From Vezdaea acicularis (lineage: Eukaryota): a DNA stretch of 64,000 nt. Shown piece by piece: positions 62,130 to 64,000 of this stretch. The translations under genes and the position numbers were made by a program. Positions within the stretch are counted from its first letter, which is position 1, and the number at the start of each line of letters is the position of its first letter. The notes beneath the pieces are model-generated. The model was not told the origin of the DNA. It searched no databases and saw only the letters and a program-made list of their open reading frames with translations. The stretch is taken from contig JAPEUI010000005.1 of assembly GCA_026025075.1 (NCBI GenBank), forward strand, positions 124,001-188,000. Direction: 5' to 3'.

Positions 62130-63160
62130 CCGTGTTATATACCAGCCCGGGATTCCCGAGGCCATGTCCAGGGCGCCGGACCTCGATTGGGCCAGGCTTC
62201 AAACCCTTATCTTCTGCAAGCGGGATCTATTATTGACGATCATTACGAGCGGAAGGGGGGGGGGGGAGGCCGGGGGTGGGGAAATTTGTGGGCCGCAGAA
62301 AAAGAAGCAAAGATGGGGTTGAGGATGAAGGAAAAGGCGCGGGCGCGCTGGGCGAGCGACGGTCGTGAAGCTTATCTTCATCTCGCTATACGACCTTGAT
62401 GGATGGGGGCCAATGGGAGAGGATGCCACGGGGGCCAGCGCAACATCGGGCCTAGTTCTTTTTTCGACAGAAGCAAAAGACGGAGGGGAGGTCGCAGTGG
62501 TGCGCGGTGGTCGCAGTGGTGAGCAGCAGATGGGCAGAGCTTGTCGAAGCTTGAGCGTCGTCGCGTAAGGCTGGGCCCCTGCTGGTCCGTCCGCCGGTGC
62601 TGGGTCGCGTCCGCTCCGATGGAAGCCTCTCCTTGGCGCGGGACCCCCCTTCATGCGGTTGTAGATAAGAAGCTCGGCTCGGCCAATCAGCGCCGCCTTA
62701 TACTCTCCAATTTCGATGCTGCAACGCCGTTTTGCTTTGCCCGTCTCGATCGCCGGCCTGATTGGACCTCGAAATCATCGAGCGCGAACTGTCAGACAGC
62801 GCAAGGTCCAGAACGCGTCAGGTCGCTACACATTTCCGCTTCAAGGCCGGTTCGCGCTGCGATCCCGCGCAACGGCCAGCAGATGGAGGGGGACCGCCGC
62901 GCAGGGGAGCGGCAGCCCCCCCATTCGCCGCCCCCCCCCCCCCATCAGGAAAAAAAGCATCTGAAAATTTTTCGAGAAGCCGTGAAAATCTTCGACTCGA
63001 TGCTCCCGTTCGCGAGCTGACGCATCCGTAGACGTCCGATGGATGGCGGGGGGGGCTTCTCTCGTCGTGCCAGAGCGGAGGTCGTTTCATCGTCGAAGCT
63101 CGAGCGAAGCTACGCGGATGCAGGCCCTTCGCTTATCTTTCGGCCGCGCGGGCCAATGGG
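62130..63160 (-). promoter_or_regulatory. Ammonium transporter promoter: TATA box, four AGATAAG GATA sites and neighbouring CCAAT boxes
   Basis: TATATAA at about 62135-62141 (minus); AGATAAG/CTTATCT at 62206, 62371, 62663, 63132; CCAAT/ATTGG at 62186, 62410, 62683, 63153. Confidence 0.65.
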
Positions 63161-64000
63161 GAGCTTGGGTTGCCCCCCGGTCCGTCATCTCGGTCGCCCT
63201 TAGTGCGCCAAGATTCGCCTAACGCCATCGGGCGAAGAGCTCGATGTGGAAAGTTGTCGTGCCGGACCCTGGCCAGTCGTGCCTCCCCACCACGTCGGTC
63301 CTGTGCACGGCCGCCACTATCTCAGCGTCGACCTCGAGAGTCTTGACGTGAGCTGGCCCCCTCCTTATAACCCTCTCTGCGGACCTTTGGAATGCTTCTC
63401 GGCCAATAAATGCGCCCTCTCCGCGAAAATGAGGATGGAAGCTGATCAAGTCGAGCTGCGCCCTCTCCGCCGTCTTCTCGATGCCGCGACATCCTGTCGA
63501 TGAAGGGGGCGCGACGGGAGCGAGCGCACGAGCTCTGGAATGCATTGTCTACTTAACCGCAGCGTTGGTGCCGCTTGGACTTAACGAAGGGATCGACACG
63601 TGACCGTCGTTGCTCCAGCAAGAAGCGCAGGAATTTGAGCAACTATCTCTTGGCCTGCATTTCCCATTTGAAGGATCGTTGAAGGAAGAGCTTGCGTTGA
63701 ACTTTCCTCAGTGAGTACGGGAGCCCCGGTTTCGATGCCCTATGTCGAGGTGCACACCCTCAACGAGACCCACCCATCTAACACCACATCCGGGAGGTAG
63801 ATAATTTGTCATGCGAGACGACAAAATCATTCGACCGACCCCGTGGTGATTGATGGGAGAAACCCGGTGGTTTTGAATCCTTCCCGCTGGTCAGAGCTCC
63901 AGCGCCGCGCTTCCAGGCTCCGCCATGTCCCGGAATAAGCTCTCGCTCGCTTCATGACGTCTCGTCGGTGAAGCGACGCGCCGATAGTACAGTAGCCTCT

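Noticed and set aside
62047..62202. 52-aa N-terminal extension of the transporter
   Set aside because: Begins at TTG and spans the TATA box; the ATG at 62046 matches the family start
1..64000. Transposons, CRISPR arrays, rRNA, secondary-metabolite core genes
   Set aside because: No transposase/RT motifs, terminal repeats, repeat-spacer arrays, rRNA-like sequence or PKS/NRPS domains seen

Overview
Eukaryotic, intron-containing DNA from a filamentous ascomycete (Pezizomycotina). It holds about 21 complete genes plus one partial 3' end. I found no tRNA, rRNA, CRISPR array or recognisable transposon. Positions 11-47 kb are a dense housekeeping block: ribokinase/ADE6, TLG1, a NAP/Vps75-like chaperone, TRA1, PP2A-B56, TFIIIC tau95, YJU2, CDC16, nmrA and an asparaginase. 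Positions 47-58 kb look accessory: a small Cys-rich secreted protein, a FAS1 protein, and a three-gene module of a Zn2Cys6 factor, a bacterial-type YcaC/isochorismatase hydrolase and an SNG1/DUF3533 membrane protein. Both window ends are GC-rich and full of microsatellites. The right end carries an intronless MEP-alpha (plant AMT2-like) ammonium transporter, a clade known mainly from lichen-forming and related Leotiomyceta. Best leads: (1) the TF/hydrolase/SNG1 module with CGG palindromes in its shared promoter; (2) possible mitochondrial and read-through peroxisomal targeting of that hydrolase; (3) a 'hypothetical' protein with the ABBA-KEN-D-box layout of the APC/C inhibitor Acm1 behind an MCB-rich promoter. 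All family assignments come from motif recognition by eye; no database searches were run.
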